Shown one piece after another: positions 47,703 to 57,045 of a DNA stretch of 64,000 nucleotides. The translations under genes were made by a program, and so were the position numbers. The DNA is from an uncultured Azospirillaceae bacterium. GTDB lineage: Bacteria; Pseudomonadota; Alphaproteobacteria; RF32; CAG-239. Location: NCBI GenBank assembly GCA_964655915.1, contig CAZZNV010000001.1, positions 10,012-74,011 on the forward strand, given 5' to 3'. Within the stretch, counting starts at the first letter, position 1, and each line of letters begins with the position of its first letter. Below the pieces are notes generated by a model that saw only the letters and a list, made by a program, of their open reading frames with translations, made no database searches and was not told the origin of the DNA.

Positions 47703-49364
47703 ATGGCAAATGAAGAGGAAGAAGAGTTAGAAGAGGTTACTGAAGCGGCACCTGAGAAAGATGCCGCTTCTGGTGCGTCTGATAAAGAAGATGATTCGAT
47801 TACGGGGCTTTATTTCTCTAACGGGAACAAACTCCTTACTCTTCCGGGTTCGACAACATTAGTTATTAATGATGACACCAGACGTTTGCTCGCGTTGTTT
47901 TCTGACGGGCGTTTTCTGGTTGTTGAGAAACATCAATACGATGGACGTGTTCTCAGCTTTATAACCCTTGCCAATAGAAAAAAACTCAATATCAAACAAC
48001 CCACCTATGTTTCACAGAATGAATTAAACGCCATCTATGCCATCGGCGAACGTATTCAAGCGGCCGCAGAGATTAATGAAGACCACGATCTTGATCAATT
48101 GCAGATGCAAAAAGACTTTGTTAAGTTGGTGGAAGTGGCAGCCGCCAAGCATGTGTCTGACGTGCACGTTGTTGTGGCAAATAACACGCAGATTATCTTT
48201 CGCGTTAACGGTATGATGGCGATTGAGCAAGAATATAACAAAGAATGGGGCGAATTGTTTGTTCGCGCGGTGTTTGCTTCCGCTGATATTTCCGATTCAA
48301 ACTATGCTCAAAACGAGTTTCAGGGAGCGCAAAAATCCGGTGATACGCCCTTGCGAGGTTCTAAAGGAAAGCTCATGCTTCCGCATAATGTGCGCGCTAT
48401 CCGCTTGCAATTTAACCCTATTGCTTTCGGTTCGCAATATTTGGTTATGCGTTTGTTGTACGCTGATGAAAACCCTGACGGAAACGGAGATTTGGGCGCT
48501 CTGGGCTTTAATGAATATGAACAGGACTTGTTTTATCGTCTGCGCGCAGTTCCGGTCGGGTTGAGCATTGTTTCGGGGCCGACGGGTTCCGGAAAATCCA
48601 CCACGCTGCAACGTAATATGATTAAACTGCTCATGGAGAAGAACTCTGAGCTGAATTTGCTGACAGTGGAAGACCCTCCTGAATATCCTATCCCAGGGGC
48701 AAGGCAAATGCCGGTTACCAACGCCAATACGGAAGAGAAAAAAGCTGAAGAATTTACCAAAGCGCTTTCGGCGGCATTGCGTTCTGACCCTGATGTTATT
48801 ATGGTGGGTGAGATTCGTGCTTTGGCGGCCGCACAACTAACATTCCAAGGAGCATTGTCCGGACACGGTATGTGGTCAACCCTACACGCCAACTCGGCTC
48901 CGGCCATTCTTAACCGTTTTCGCGACATGGGGGTTGAAACGTTTAAACTGCTTGATCCTGAGCTTATTAAGGGGTTGATTGCGCAGCGTCTGTTTAGAAA
49001 AATTTGCCCGCACTGCCGTGTTCCGGTTAAAGAAAGGCAAAAAGACGCTTCTTTCCAGCGGCTCCGTTCTGCTCTGGGGGATTTTGGCGTGGAAAAAACT
49101 TATATTCGCGGCCCCGGTTGCCCCTATTGCGGCGGAACAGGAGTTAAAGGACGTATGTGCGTACCTGAAATTATTCTGCCTGATGCAACATTCTTAAAAC
49201 TAATGATTGACGGGGAAACTCGTAAGGCTATTGATTACTGGACAAGTGATTTGAACGGACGAACATTGAAAGAGGCGGCTATTGAGCGAATGCTTCAGGG
49301 GCTTATTGACCTGGACGAGGTTGAACGTTGGTGCGGCCTGCTTGATCAAAGACCTGCATACTAG
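47703..49364 (+). CDS. GspE/PilB-family secretion ATPase (type IVb PilQ-like assembly ATPase)
   Basis: Walker A (VSGPTGSGKSTTL), Asp box (LLTVEDPPEYP), Walker B/His box (IMVGEIRALA...GHGMWSTLHANSA), tetracysteine motif (CPHC...CPYC). Confidence 0.85.
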   Translation: MANEEEEELEEVTEAAPEKDAASGASDKEDDSITGLYFSNGNKLLTLPGSTTLVINDDTRRLLALFSDGRFLVVEKHQYDGRVLSFITLANRKKLNIKQPTYVSQNELNAIYAIGERIQAAAEINEDHDLDQLQMQKDFVKLVEVAAAKHVSDVHVVVANNTQIIFRVNGMMAIEQEYNKEWGELFVRAVFASADISDSNYAQNEFQGAQKSGDTPLRGSKGKLMLPHNVRAIRLQFNPIAFGSQYLVMRLLYADENPDGNGDLGALGFNEYEQDLFYRLRAVPVGLSIVSGPTGSGKSTTLQRNMIKLLMEKNSELNLLTVEDPPEYPIPGARQMPVTNANTEEKKAEEFTKALSAALRSDPDVIMVGEIRALAAAQLTFQGALSGHGMWSTLHANSAPAILNRFRDMGVETFKLLDPELIKGLIAQRLFRKICPHCRVPVKERQKDASFQRLRSALGDFGVEKTYIRGPGCPYCGGTGVKGRMCVPEIILPDATFLKLMIDGETRKAIDYWTSDLNGRTLKEAAIERMLQGLIDLDEVERWCGLLDQRPAY

Positions 49365-49383
49365 AACCGAAGGATAGAAAGAA

Positions 49384-50508
49384 ATGGTTGATGAAGTAAA
49401 CAAGAGAAAACAATCTATTCAAAAAGCGATGAACAAGTTTAACGCTGTTGAGGAATATTATGCCAAAATGATAATGATATTTTCCAACAAAACGCGTTTG
49501 AAAATTTATAGAAAGATTGCCTCTTTGATGAAAAACCGCTTTTCCTTAATGGATGCCTTAGACATGTTGCATGATGGTGCAAGCAACGGCGGTAAAAACC
49601 CCAGTGAACCGTTAGCTATTGCGATTGCCGCATGGGCGATGGCATTAAACAACGGTTTACCTTTTTCCGATGCTTTAAAGGGGTGGGCACCTGACCGCGA
49701 AAGGCTGATGCTTTCCGTGGGTGACGTTTCTGACTTGGAAAGCGCCTTGCTAAACCTGATTAAAGTTACGGAAGGCTCAACTAAGATGGTTCGTCCGATT
49801 ATTGGCGCCGTTACCTATCCGTCATTTTTGATTATGATGTCTGTTTTGATTATTTATGCTATCGGTGTTTACATGGTGCCACCCATGATTGATGCTGCGC
49901 CAAACGTTGTTTGGCACGGAATGGCTGCCGACTTGGTGGGTTTATCGGCTTGGATTAAAGATAACTGGCTGGTGGCTTTTGCCTCTTTGCCCATAACCAT
50001 GGCTATTATTTACTTCACCATCGGAATTTGGACCGGCTCTATTCGCGCTTTTTTTGACCATATGCCCCCTTGGTCACTTTATAAAATCTTTACAGGTATC
50101 AGCTGGTTGTTGGCTCTTTCGGCACTGGTTAAGGGAGGCACCCCAGTTTCCACGGCGCTGAGAGCTTTGCGGCGCGATGCCAGTAAATATTTGAAAGAGC
50201 GAATTGACAAGACCCTTGTCTATATTAATAACGGTGACAACTTGGGACAGGCTCTGGCTAAAACGAAATTGGATTTTCCTGATAAAGAAATTATCGGTGA
50301 TTTGAAGATTTATTCCGAATTGGATAATTTTGAAGAGGCTTTGGATAATTTGGCTAATGAATGGCTGGAAGAATCCGTCTATATGATTGAGGAGAGAGCC
50401 GGCATTTTGAACATGGTCGCCCTACTCAGTATCGGTGCCGTTATTGCTTGGGCAGTTATGGGAACTTTTGAAATGCAAGATCAAATCACCAGCGGTATGG
50501 GAGGTTAA
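49384..50508 (+). CDS. GspF/PilC-family inner-membrane platform protein (PilR-like)
   Basis: 374 aa with three TM helices and GspF-type cytoplasmic domains. Immediately follows the ATPase. Confidence 0.75.
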   Translation: MVDEVNKRKQSIQKAMNKFNAVEEYYAKMIMIFSNKTRLKIYRKIASLMKNRFSLMDALDMLHDGASNGGKNPSEPLAIAIAAWAMALNNGLPFSDALKGWAPDRERLMLSVGDVSDLESALLNLIKVTEGSTKMVRPIIGAVTYPSFLIMMSVLIIYAIGVYMVPPMIDAAPNVVWHGMAADLVGLSAWIKDNWLVAFASLPITMAIIYFTIGIWTGSIRAFFDHMPPWSLYKIFTGISWLLALSALVKGGTPVSTALRALRRDASKYLKERIDKTLVYINNGDNLGQALAKTKLDFPDKEIIGDLKIYSELDNFEEALDNLANEWLEESVYMIEERAGILNMVALLSIGAVIAWAVMGTFEMQDQITSGMGG

Positions 50509-50509
50509 G

Positions 50510-51154
50510 ATGAAAGATTGGCAAGAAAAATTGAAAAATGAATACGGCTTGGCGATAAAAAGAAAGCTGACCGACTTTGAGGTTATGCTGATTAAGCGGT
50601 TTTGCCTGACAAAAAAGGAGAAAAAAACGGCATTCCTGTTGCTTGGTGCAGGCTTAATCGGAATTGTCGCCACGATTATCCTCGCACGTCTTGGCTCGGT
50701 TTCCGGTTTAACAGAAACAGCACAAGAAGTGCAGCAATTATCAGCAAACATTCGGCACTATTATCAAAATCGCCCTGACTTTTGGGGTCTGGATACGCAA
50801 ACGGTTGTGGAAAAGGGTATTTCTCCTAAAAGTATGTCTCATCAAAAGGGGCTGCAAGGATTTTGGGGCAATCCGGTTTCCGTCGGGAATGGATCAGAAG
50901 GTACAATGCTTATGCCCGGAAGTCGGACGTTTGACATTGTTTATAAAAATTTGGATCGCAAACAATGTATGGCTTTGGCGCCCTACAAGTTTGATGAGAC
51001 GTTTTTTATGGGATTGTCTTATATGATACTTATCAAGGATAATACTCAAGAAACGTTTTCTTGGGACAATCCGGTGAAAAAACTTCCGATTACGGCGGCG
51101 ATGGCTAAAGAATTTTGCGGTACAAACAATAATATTTTATGGCATTTTGAATAG
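50510..51154 (+). CDS. Hypothetical single-TM membrane protein in pilus cluster
   Basis: GGAGG RBS then ATG 2 nt after the platform gene's stop; the ORF track begins at 50435, overlapping the upstream gene. TM (TAFLLLGAGLIGIVATIILA). Confidence 0.35.
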   Translation: MKDWQEKLKNEYGLAIKRKLTDFEVMLIKRFCLTKKEKKTAFLLLGAGLIGIVATIILARLGSVSGLTETAQEVQQLSANIRHYYQNRPDFWGLDTQTVVEKGISPKSMSHQKGLQGFWGNPVSVGNGSEGTMLMPGSRTFDIVYKNLDRKQCMALAPYKFDETFFMGLSYMILIKDNTQETFSWDNPVKKLPITAAMAKEFCGTNNNILWHFE

Positions 51155-51415
51155 AAAGTTCCTTTACTTTTACTGTTGGATTGTTTTGTAAAAATATTTG
51201 CTTTTTGTTAATTATTTTTCTATAAAAATGTTTAGAAATGGAGTGGTGCTTGAGGGCATACTCTGATAATTGTCCCTGGAAGGGTGTTGGTTATAGCTAA
51301 AGTTATAACGGATATATCGAATGAGCAATGAAATATGACCAAGGATAAGATTGTTCATTATTTGTTAATCTGTTATATTTATACTATGAGCAACAGATAA
51401 ATGAGGAGAATTAAA

Positions 51416-52069
51416 ATGAGTACTTTATATAAAAATGAGCAGGCCGGCCGTTCGATGGTTGAAATGCTCGGTGTTTTAGCGATTATCGGGGTATTGTCTA
51501 TCGGTGGTATTTCCGGATATTCTAAAGCGATGGCTAAGTTCAGAGTTAACAAAACGATGGATCAGATTTCAATGTTGGTTATGAACATCCGTACATTGTA
51601 TTCGGGTAACGTTAACTATGATGGGTTGAATGATAAAGTGGCTATTCAGATGGGTATTATTCCGAGAGACATGCTCCCTTCAGGAACAACTGAGGCAACG
51701 GCATCTAAGATTATTAATGCGTATCAGGGAGAGGTTAAGGTCGGAGCGGCAAATGTTGGCGGCGCTAATCGTTCTTTCTTTGTTACCTATTCCGGTTTAA
51801 CCCGTGAAGCTTGCGTAGCTATTGCAACGGCAGATTGGGGTTCTCAAGCTGGTTCAGGCTTGCAAGCTATTCAAATTAAGGGAACAGCAAGTAACAAGGA
51901 CAAGACAGTGACTTTATCTACTGCTGAGGTTTGTGGTTCGGCGGATAGTAGTGCGGCTGGCGCTGGTTGCCATCCTATTGATGCATTGCCAGTTTCCTTG
52001 GCCAAAGCGGCTGTTGAGTGTCAAAATACAGCGGATGGAGGTAATGAGGTTCGCTGGGACTACTACTAA
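51416..52069 (+). CDS. Type IVb prepilin (PilS-like major pilin)
   Basis: GAGGAG RBS 7 nt before ATG. Leader MSTLYKNEQAG, then a mature N-terminus RSMVEMLGVLAIIGVLSIGG with Glu at +5 and a hydrophobic alpha1 helix. C-terminal Cys pair (ACVAIA...VCGS...GCHP...ECQ). ORF track start 51401 is 5 codons upstream. Confidence 0.7.
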   Translation: MSTLYKNEQAGRSMVEMLGVLAIIGVLSIGGISGYSKAMAKFRVNKTMDQISMLVMNIRTLYSGNVNYDGLNDKVAIQMGIIPRDMLPSGTTEATASKIINAYQGEVKVGAANVGGANRSFFVTYSGLTREACVAIATADWGSQAGSGLQAIQIKGTASNKDKTVTLSTAEVCGSADSSAAGAGCHPIDALPVSLAKAAVECQNTADGGNEVRWDYY

Positions 52070-52090
52070 TCTCAAGGAAATATTCTTCTC

Positions 52091-52122
52091 AAAAAAGGCT
52101 ATGGAAACATAGCCTTTTTTAT
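52091..52122 (+). terminator. Rho-independent terminator after pilin gene
   Basis: Hairpin AGGCTATGGAAACATAGCCT followed by T6. Confidence 0.6.
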
Positions 52123-52452
52123 TGTGGCATCAGCGCATCAGAACAAAGCACCGGTTTCCTAAACATCACAGGTAAAAAACAGGGATAATATTTACATTTT
52201 CCGTCAGCGGCAGATGAGTTTGCGCCAAACAAACAACCGCCCCTTCTCCTACTTGAAGTCCGGCTTTTTCAATAGTTTTTTTGAATATACATCTGCAAAC
52301 CCCGACTATTTTATCATTTAATGCTAAAACAGTCGAAAATCATTTAAAGTCAAGCCACATTTACTCGGGTTTATATTGGTTTCGGCAATCTTAAATCTAT
52401 TAAAAAAACATCTTGCTTTTTGTTGCGTTTAACGTTAATTCATAGATAGGCC

Positions 52453-52529
52453 GTCGGCGTAGCTCATCAGGATAGAGCAACAGTTTCCTAAACTGTGGGT
52501 AGTGGGTTCGAGTCCCGCCGCTGACGCCA
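52453..52529 (+). tRNA. tRNA-Arg (anticodon CCU)
   Basis: Hand-folded cloverleaf. Acceptor GTCGGCG/CGCTGAC (one G-U pair). D-arm GCTC-ATCAGGATA-GAGC. Anticodon arm ACAGT-TTCCTAA-ACTGT. T-arm GTGGG-TTCGAGT-CCCGC. Discriminator G plus encoded CCA. Confidence 0.8.
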
Positions 52530-52533
52530 AAAT

Positions 52534-52563
52534 AAAAAAACACCCCAATTAGGGTGTTTTTTT
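52534..52563. terminator. Bidirectional terminator shared by tRNA-Arg and the convergent sulfatase-family gene
   Basis: A-run, hairpin ACACCCC-AATTA-GGGTGT, T-run. Confidence 0.55.
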
Positions 52564-52606
52564 CGTGAGTAATAAGCTATTGAACTCGTGATACTGAGAT
52601 GTTTAG

Positions 52607-54088
52607 CTACCTCATCGCCCGCTCAACAATACCATGGACAAAGCCTGTTATCTGAGGAAATGATATTCTTCCCTCGTGCGCTAAATTTTTATTTTTATCA
52701 TAAACTAATAACAGCGTCTCATTTGTTCGCGGCCCCAATCCCTGTTTCTTTCCTTCTTCCGAGAACAAAAAGCCCGTTTCGCTCGGATGATCCGAATAAA
52801 TGATAAATAAACTGTCTTTGGGCGATTGTTCAATCAACTTTTGCAATGCCTTATCCACATAATTAATTGAATTGACATATTTTTCTTCTATGTTTTTCGG
52901 ATTTTCAAACGGATACCTGTTTTTTTCACCTATCTGATAATAGACATGAGAACTGAGCGTGATGAAGAAATTAAACTGTTTGGGTGCATTAACTTTTTTG
53001 TTTTGCGCCAACATAAAATCAACAACATCCTCGTCATCTATTCCCATCTCACCCTGATTAATATCTTTCGGCATATTCTCTAGAAAAAACACTTCGGAAA
53101 AGGGGAATTGTCGGTAAGCATCTCCTCGGTGGTAAAAATTTCTGATATAACCGTGGAAAAAAGAAGTATGGTATCCAAGTTTATTAAATTTCTCAGGAAG
53201 AGAAACAAATTTCTTGAAGAACGAATTGGGTAAAACAATATACATTGCCGCGAACAAATCCTCATTATTGGTTAATTTGCTCATTAATGAAAAATCGGCA
53301 TTTGCCGAACAGTAATGTGACAACGGCTTAACCTGATAAACAGCACTTTGCGGCGCAATGGACTGTAAAAACGGCATTATCTTTTTGCCTTTTACTTCTC
53401 CCGTAAAAGCGGCATAATCCAGACTTTCAACCTGAATCAGGTAAACATTATCGGGAAGTGACACCTTTGCCAGCTCTTTAGGAAGCGGTAGGGTCGGCAG
53501 ATTAATGTTATCCAGCGTTTCTTTGGCAATGCGTTTTCTGTCATAACTGGTCATGCCCTCATATATCCATCCTTGCATATACCCCAGTGTTTTGGTATAG
53601 GCATTAAAATCCATTTGGAGAAAAGGCTGGTTATTAAATGTTTTGAACGTTATTCCTAACAGCACCAGTAACGGAATATAAAATATTGACCGCCAACGCC
53701 AATCTTTTTGTGTTTTCACCCCTCCTAAAAGCCATAATTGCACAATAAAAAAGAGCAAGGCAATCACCTGTTCAGATTCAAGTATCTGTAATCCTGAATT
53801 TTTAACAAACTCAAATCCTTCTTTGTATTGCAATACTCCCATCATGATGGAAAAAGGACTCTCAAAATGCGAATGCCAAATAAGTAGTAAAGAATTGACA
53901 AGCCATTGCAAAGTCAGCATGCCGGCCATTATCCAACGCGGCAGAGTCATGATTGCACCCCAGAAACAAAAGCTCATCAAAAGAAGTATTATATCTCCAA
54001 GAAATACAAGTTCACTAGAGAAGAACAGCCTCTGCATGATAACTGCTTCTATACTGCAAAAAAATAAAAATAACAGATTTTTTATCAT
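52607..54088 (-). CDS. Sulfatase/alkaline-phosphatase-superfamily membrane transferase (LtaS/MdoB/EptA-like: phosphoglycerol or phosphoethanolamine transferase)
   Basis: Five N-terminal TM helices, then a sulfatase domain (YLIQVESLDYAAF; GYHTSFFHG; NYVDKAL; FIIYSDHPSETG). Confidence 0.65.
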   Translation of the reverse strand: MIKNLLFLFFCSIEAVIMQRLFFSSELVFLGDIILLLMSFCFWGAIMTLPRWIMAGMLTLQWLVNSLLLIWHSHFESPFSIMMGVLQYKEGFEFVKNSGLQILESEQVIALLFFIVQLWLLGGVKTQKDWRWRSIFYIPLLVLLGITFKTFNNQPFLQMDFNAYTKTLGYMQGWIYEGMTSYDRKRIAKETLDNINLPTLPLPKELAKVSLPDNVYLIQVESLDYAAFTGEVKGKKIMPFLQSIAPQSAVYQVKPLSHYCSANADFSLMSKLTNNEDLFAAMYIVLPNSFFKKFVSLPEKFNKLGYHTSFFHGYIRNFYHRGDAYRQFPFSEVFFLENMPKDINQGEMGIDDEDVVDFMLAQNKKVNAPKQFNFFITLSSHVYYQIGEKNRYPFENPKNIEEKYVNSINYVDKALQKLIEQSPKDSLFIIYSDHPSETGFLFSEEGKKQGLGPRTNETLLLVYDKNKNLAHEGRISFPQITGFVHGIVERAMR

Positions 54089-54186
54089 GTTCTCCCCCTA
54101 AGCAGTTGTTTAGCATAACTTACTTTATTATTTATTAAGATATTTGAGGTAGAGTTTGGGGAAGAGATTTATAAAGAGGTTTAAAA

Positions 54187-55149
54187 ATGGCGACAATTAC
54201 AGAAACAAAATTTTCAGATATTTACATTGCACCGGATAAAACGGCTTATATTCCGGACGGCACCACCAGTAGCGGATTGATGGAATTTCACCCTGATGAC
54301 TTTGAAGAGTTTTTTCAATTGATTGAAAAAGGCTGGCCGGGAGATAATCCCAGTTATTCAGTCATCTATCACAATATTTTTTATCGTGTGGAGCGAACGG
54401 AGGCTTTATACGGCATTCAATATTGCGCCAGAAAGATGCCCGAGCAAACACCTCCTTTTAGAACTCTTGGCTTTGGACATGAGTTGGAAACTTATATGCT
54501 GCGGCTGGCTAAAACATCGGGATTAATCTTGTGGTCCGGTCCGACCGGAGCCGGCAAAACGACTTCTATTTCGGCTTTGTTGCGTGAATATTTGCTCATG
54601 GAAGGTGGTTTTGCCTATACAATTGAAGATCCGACAGAACAACCGCTGGACGGTGTTTACAAATCTGTTACCGGCAGTCTCGGTTTGTGCAAGCAAACTA
54701 TTCCGCACAATGGTGATTGGGGCGCTTCGCTGAAATCTGCTTTGCGCTCAAAACCTCGTTTTATTTTGGTTGGTGAGATTCGTACTCCGGAAACAGCCAG
54801 CGAAGTGCTACGCGCGGCAACTTCAGGACACTTGGTTCTTTCAACCATTCACGCTAATAATGTTACTGATGCTATCAGTTCTGTTGTTAAATACGCTTCT
54901 GCTGCGAATATGTCTGAAGAATTGGCTTATGACCTGTTCTCTCGCAGTATGCTGGCCGTTTTGCACCAGACAATGACAGGAACCAGCGTTAAAAGACCTA
55001 AGACAACTTACTTGTTTGCCAACCCCAACACATCAAAAGGTGACCAAGTGCGCGGAATCATTAAAAGCGGAAAACTTAATTTGGGTACAGCTATCGAAAC
55101 GCAAATGATTCGTATGGCTCAGGGAATGCCGTTATTCACAGATGAATAA
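54187..55149 (+). CDS. PilT-family secretion/retraction ATPase
   Basis: 320 aa. Walker A (WSGPTGAGKTTSI), Asp box (AYTIEDPTEQ), Walker B/His box (ILVGEIRTPETASEVLRAATSGHLVLSTIHANN). Confidence 0.7.
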   Translation: MATITETKFSDIYIAPDKTAYIPDGTTSSGLMEFHPDDFEEFFQLIEKGWPGDNPSYSVIYHNIFYRVERTEALYGIQYCARKMPEQTPPFRTLGFGHELETYMLRLAKTSGLILWSGPTGAGKTTSISALLREYLLMEGGFAYTIEDPTEQPLDGVYKSVTGSLGLCKQTIPHNGDWGASLKSALRSKPRFILVGEIRTPETASEVLRAATSGHLVLSTIHANNVTDAISSVVKYASAANMSEELAYDLFSRSMLAVLHQTMTGTSVKRPKTTYLFANPNTSKGDQVRGIIKSGKLNLGTAIETQMIRMAQGMPLFTDE

Positions 55150-55152
55150 CTG

Positions 55153-55587
55153 TTATTCTATATCCCAAGGAAAGACAATCCATTCATCAGGAAGAGCGCG
55201 GGCGAAAATGTCCGCCTCTTTTTTACCCTGAGGTTTAGCATAGACAGATGCCAAGCAAGCCGACGGAAACATTTTGCGCAAAAGCTGAAAACTCCGCCCT
55301 GTATCGGACAAGTCATCGATAATCAGAGTTTGAGAATCGGCTTTCTGCACATCGCTTTCAATTTTGACGTCTTTATCTCCCAATCTGCCGTTTTCGTCAT
55401 AACTCACCATGTTAACCGTTTCACAATGTCGAATGCCCAGCTCATAGGCGACAATACCCGCCGGAATCAACCCTCCGCGGCTTATGGCAATGATACGGTT
55501 AAACTCCCCTTTCTTTTTAATCTCTTTGACCAAATTTTTTACATCTTGATGAAATTCATTCCACGTCAGGTACAGTTTATTAGTCAT
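55153..55587 (-). CDS. gpt: Xanthine-guanine/hypoxanthine phosphoribosyltransferase
   Basis: PRTase fold motif (TLIIDDLSDTGRS) and RGGLIPAGIVAYELGIRH. Start taken at MTNKLYLTWNEF (about 145 aa); the ORF track begins 35 codons upstream, inside the next gene. Confidence 0.65.
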   Translation of the reverse strand: MTNKLYLTWNEFHQDVKNLVKEIKKKGEFNRIIAISRGGLIPAGIVAYELGIRHCETVNMVSYDENGRLGDKDVKIESDVQKADSQTLIIDDLSDTGRSFQLLRKMFPSACLASVYAKPQGKKEADIFARALPDEWIVFPWDIE

Positions 55588-56131
55588 TTTCCGGCATTCC
55601 TTCTCCATGTTGGGATTTGATTTTATAAATATATTCAATGACGTCTTCATTATCCCATTGAGCAGAACCGCGAATCCGTCCAATCTCTTCACCCTTTTTG
55701 TTTATAATAACCGTATGCGGTGAAGAAAAAATTCCAAAGTCCTCTGTTAATTTTCCTTTTTTATCAACGTAAAATTCTAAATCTTGCCCTTTAAACTTTT
55801 TCAAAAAACGTTCTTGCTCTTCCATATTGTTCCATTCTTCCGCTTTGGATACGAGAATCGTCCTGATGCCGTTTGAGCGGGTTTTGTTTGAAAACTCATT
55901 CAGGCTTTGCAGCTCTTTAATGCATGGAATACAATGTTTTGACCAGAAGTTTACCAACAAAAATTCGCCCTTAAACTTATCAAATGTTACACCATGGCCA
56001 AATGAATCATAAAACTCGCGCTGCGGCGCTTTCCGCGGGTAAGCGAATATGTTTAAGCCTTTTGAACTCACTGATGTCGCTGGAAAAAGCATTACGCCGA
56101 ACAAAACAAGAATCCCGATTTTTTTTAACAT
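55580..56131 (-). CDS. TlpA/ResA-like periplasmic thiol:disulfide oxidoreductase (thioredoxin fold)
   Basis: Signal peptide. WSKHCIPC CxxC active site inside a thioredoxin-like fold. Confidence 0.7.
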   Translation of the reverse strand: MLKKIGILVLFGVMLFPATSVSSKGLNIFAYPRKAPQREFYDSFGHGVTFDKFKGEFLLVNFWSKHCIPCIKELQSLNEFSNKTRSNGIRTILVSKAEEWNNMEEQERFLKKFKGQDLEFYVDKKGKLTEDFGIFSSPHTVIINKKGEEIGRIRGSAQWDNEDVIEYIYKIKSQHGEGMPEND

Positions 56132-56215
56132 TTTCCCTCTGTATAAACTTAAATTTTACTTAACCCTTGCCGGATATAGTTATACTATATTCATCAACAA
56201 GTAAAGGAATGGTAT

Positions 56216-56338
56216 ATGAAAAAATTTTTTCTTCTGGTTACGTTGTTTGCTCTTTTAGGCGTTTGCGCCTGCGGCAAACTTTCCGCTCCCGAACCCTATC
56301 CCGACAGTGGGTATCCCCACTCTTACCCTAGAAAATAA
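56216..56338 (+). CDS. Small lipoprotein (40 aa), hypothetical
   Basis: AAGGA RBS 10 nt upstream. MKKFFLLVTLFALLGVCACGKLSAPEPYPDSGYPHSYPRK. Below the ORF-track size cutoff, so speculative. Confidence 0.3.
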   Translation: MKKFFLLVTLFALLGVCACGKLSAPEPYPDSGYPHSYPRK

Positions 56339-56358
56339 TCTGTTTTTGGAGATTTGGA

Positions 56359-57045
56359 ATGATTGCGGATAAAGATTTTGGAAATGAGATGATTCCCTAT
56401 GTGGAATTTGCAGATAATGCAAACGAGCGCACACCTTGCGTTTTGGTTTTAGATTGTTCAGGCTCTATGCGAGGAGAACCCATAAAACAGCTTAATGCCG
56501 GATTAAAGGCTTTGGAACGTGAGCTAAAAGAGGACATTGATGCCAGTTCGCGCGTGCAACTCCTTATTATTAAGGCTTTTGGAAAAGATGAAGCGGTTGT
56601 CTCTTCCGACTGGATTGATGCCATGAACTTTACGGCTCCGACAATGGAGGCCGGCGGCTTAACCCCCTTGGGCAAAGCGATGGAACTGGCTTTGAAGAAA
56701 ATTGAGGACCAGAAATGTTTGTATGACAGTTGCGGTATTACGTCTAAACGCCCTTGGATTTTCCTTATAAGCGATGGAGAACCCACGGATTATGATTGGG
56801 AGATTATTGCAGAAAAGTGCCGTTATGCTCAACAAAACAAAAAGGTTGTGGTACACGCGGTCGGTACGCAAGATGCTAATTTGGAAAAGCTGGCAAAATT
56901 TTCGCTTATGTCCCCCAAGCGTTTAACCGGTCTTAAATTTACGGAATTTTTCTTGTGGCTGAGCCGCAGTGTTTCTTGCATTTCGAAGGCTGCACCCAAC
57001 ATTCCGGATCTTTTGGAAGATATTGGCGAGTGGAATGAAGATTAA
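56359..57045 (+). CDS. von Willebrand factor A (vWA) domain protein, TerY-like
   Basis: MIDAS motif (VLVLDCSGSMRGEP), followed by later T and D positions (ISDGEPTD). About 228 aa, typical of TerY-type vWA proteins. Confidence 0.7.
   Translation: MIADKDFGNEMIPYVEFADNANERTPCVLVLDCSGSMRGEPIKQLNAGLKALERELKEDIDASSRVQLLIIKAFGKDEAVVSSDWIDAMNFTAPTMEAGGLTPLGKAMELALKKIEDQKCLYDSCGITSKRPWIFLISDGEPTDYDWEIIAEKCRYAQQNKKVVVHAVGTQDANLEKLAKFSLMSPKRLTGLKFTEFFLWLSRSVSCISKAAPNIPDLLEDIGEWNED

Noticed and set aside
51230-51300. Possible sigma54 (-24/-12) promoter upstream of the pilin gene (CTGGAAGGGTGTTGGTT)
   Set aside because: The spacing and the -12 element (GG instead of GC) do not fit TGGCAC-N5-TTGCW, so I could not support it from sequence.
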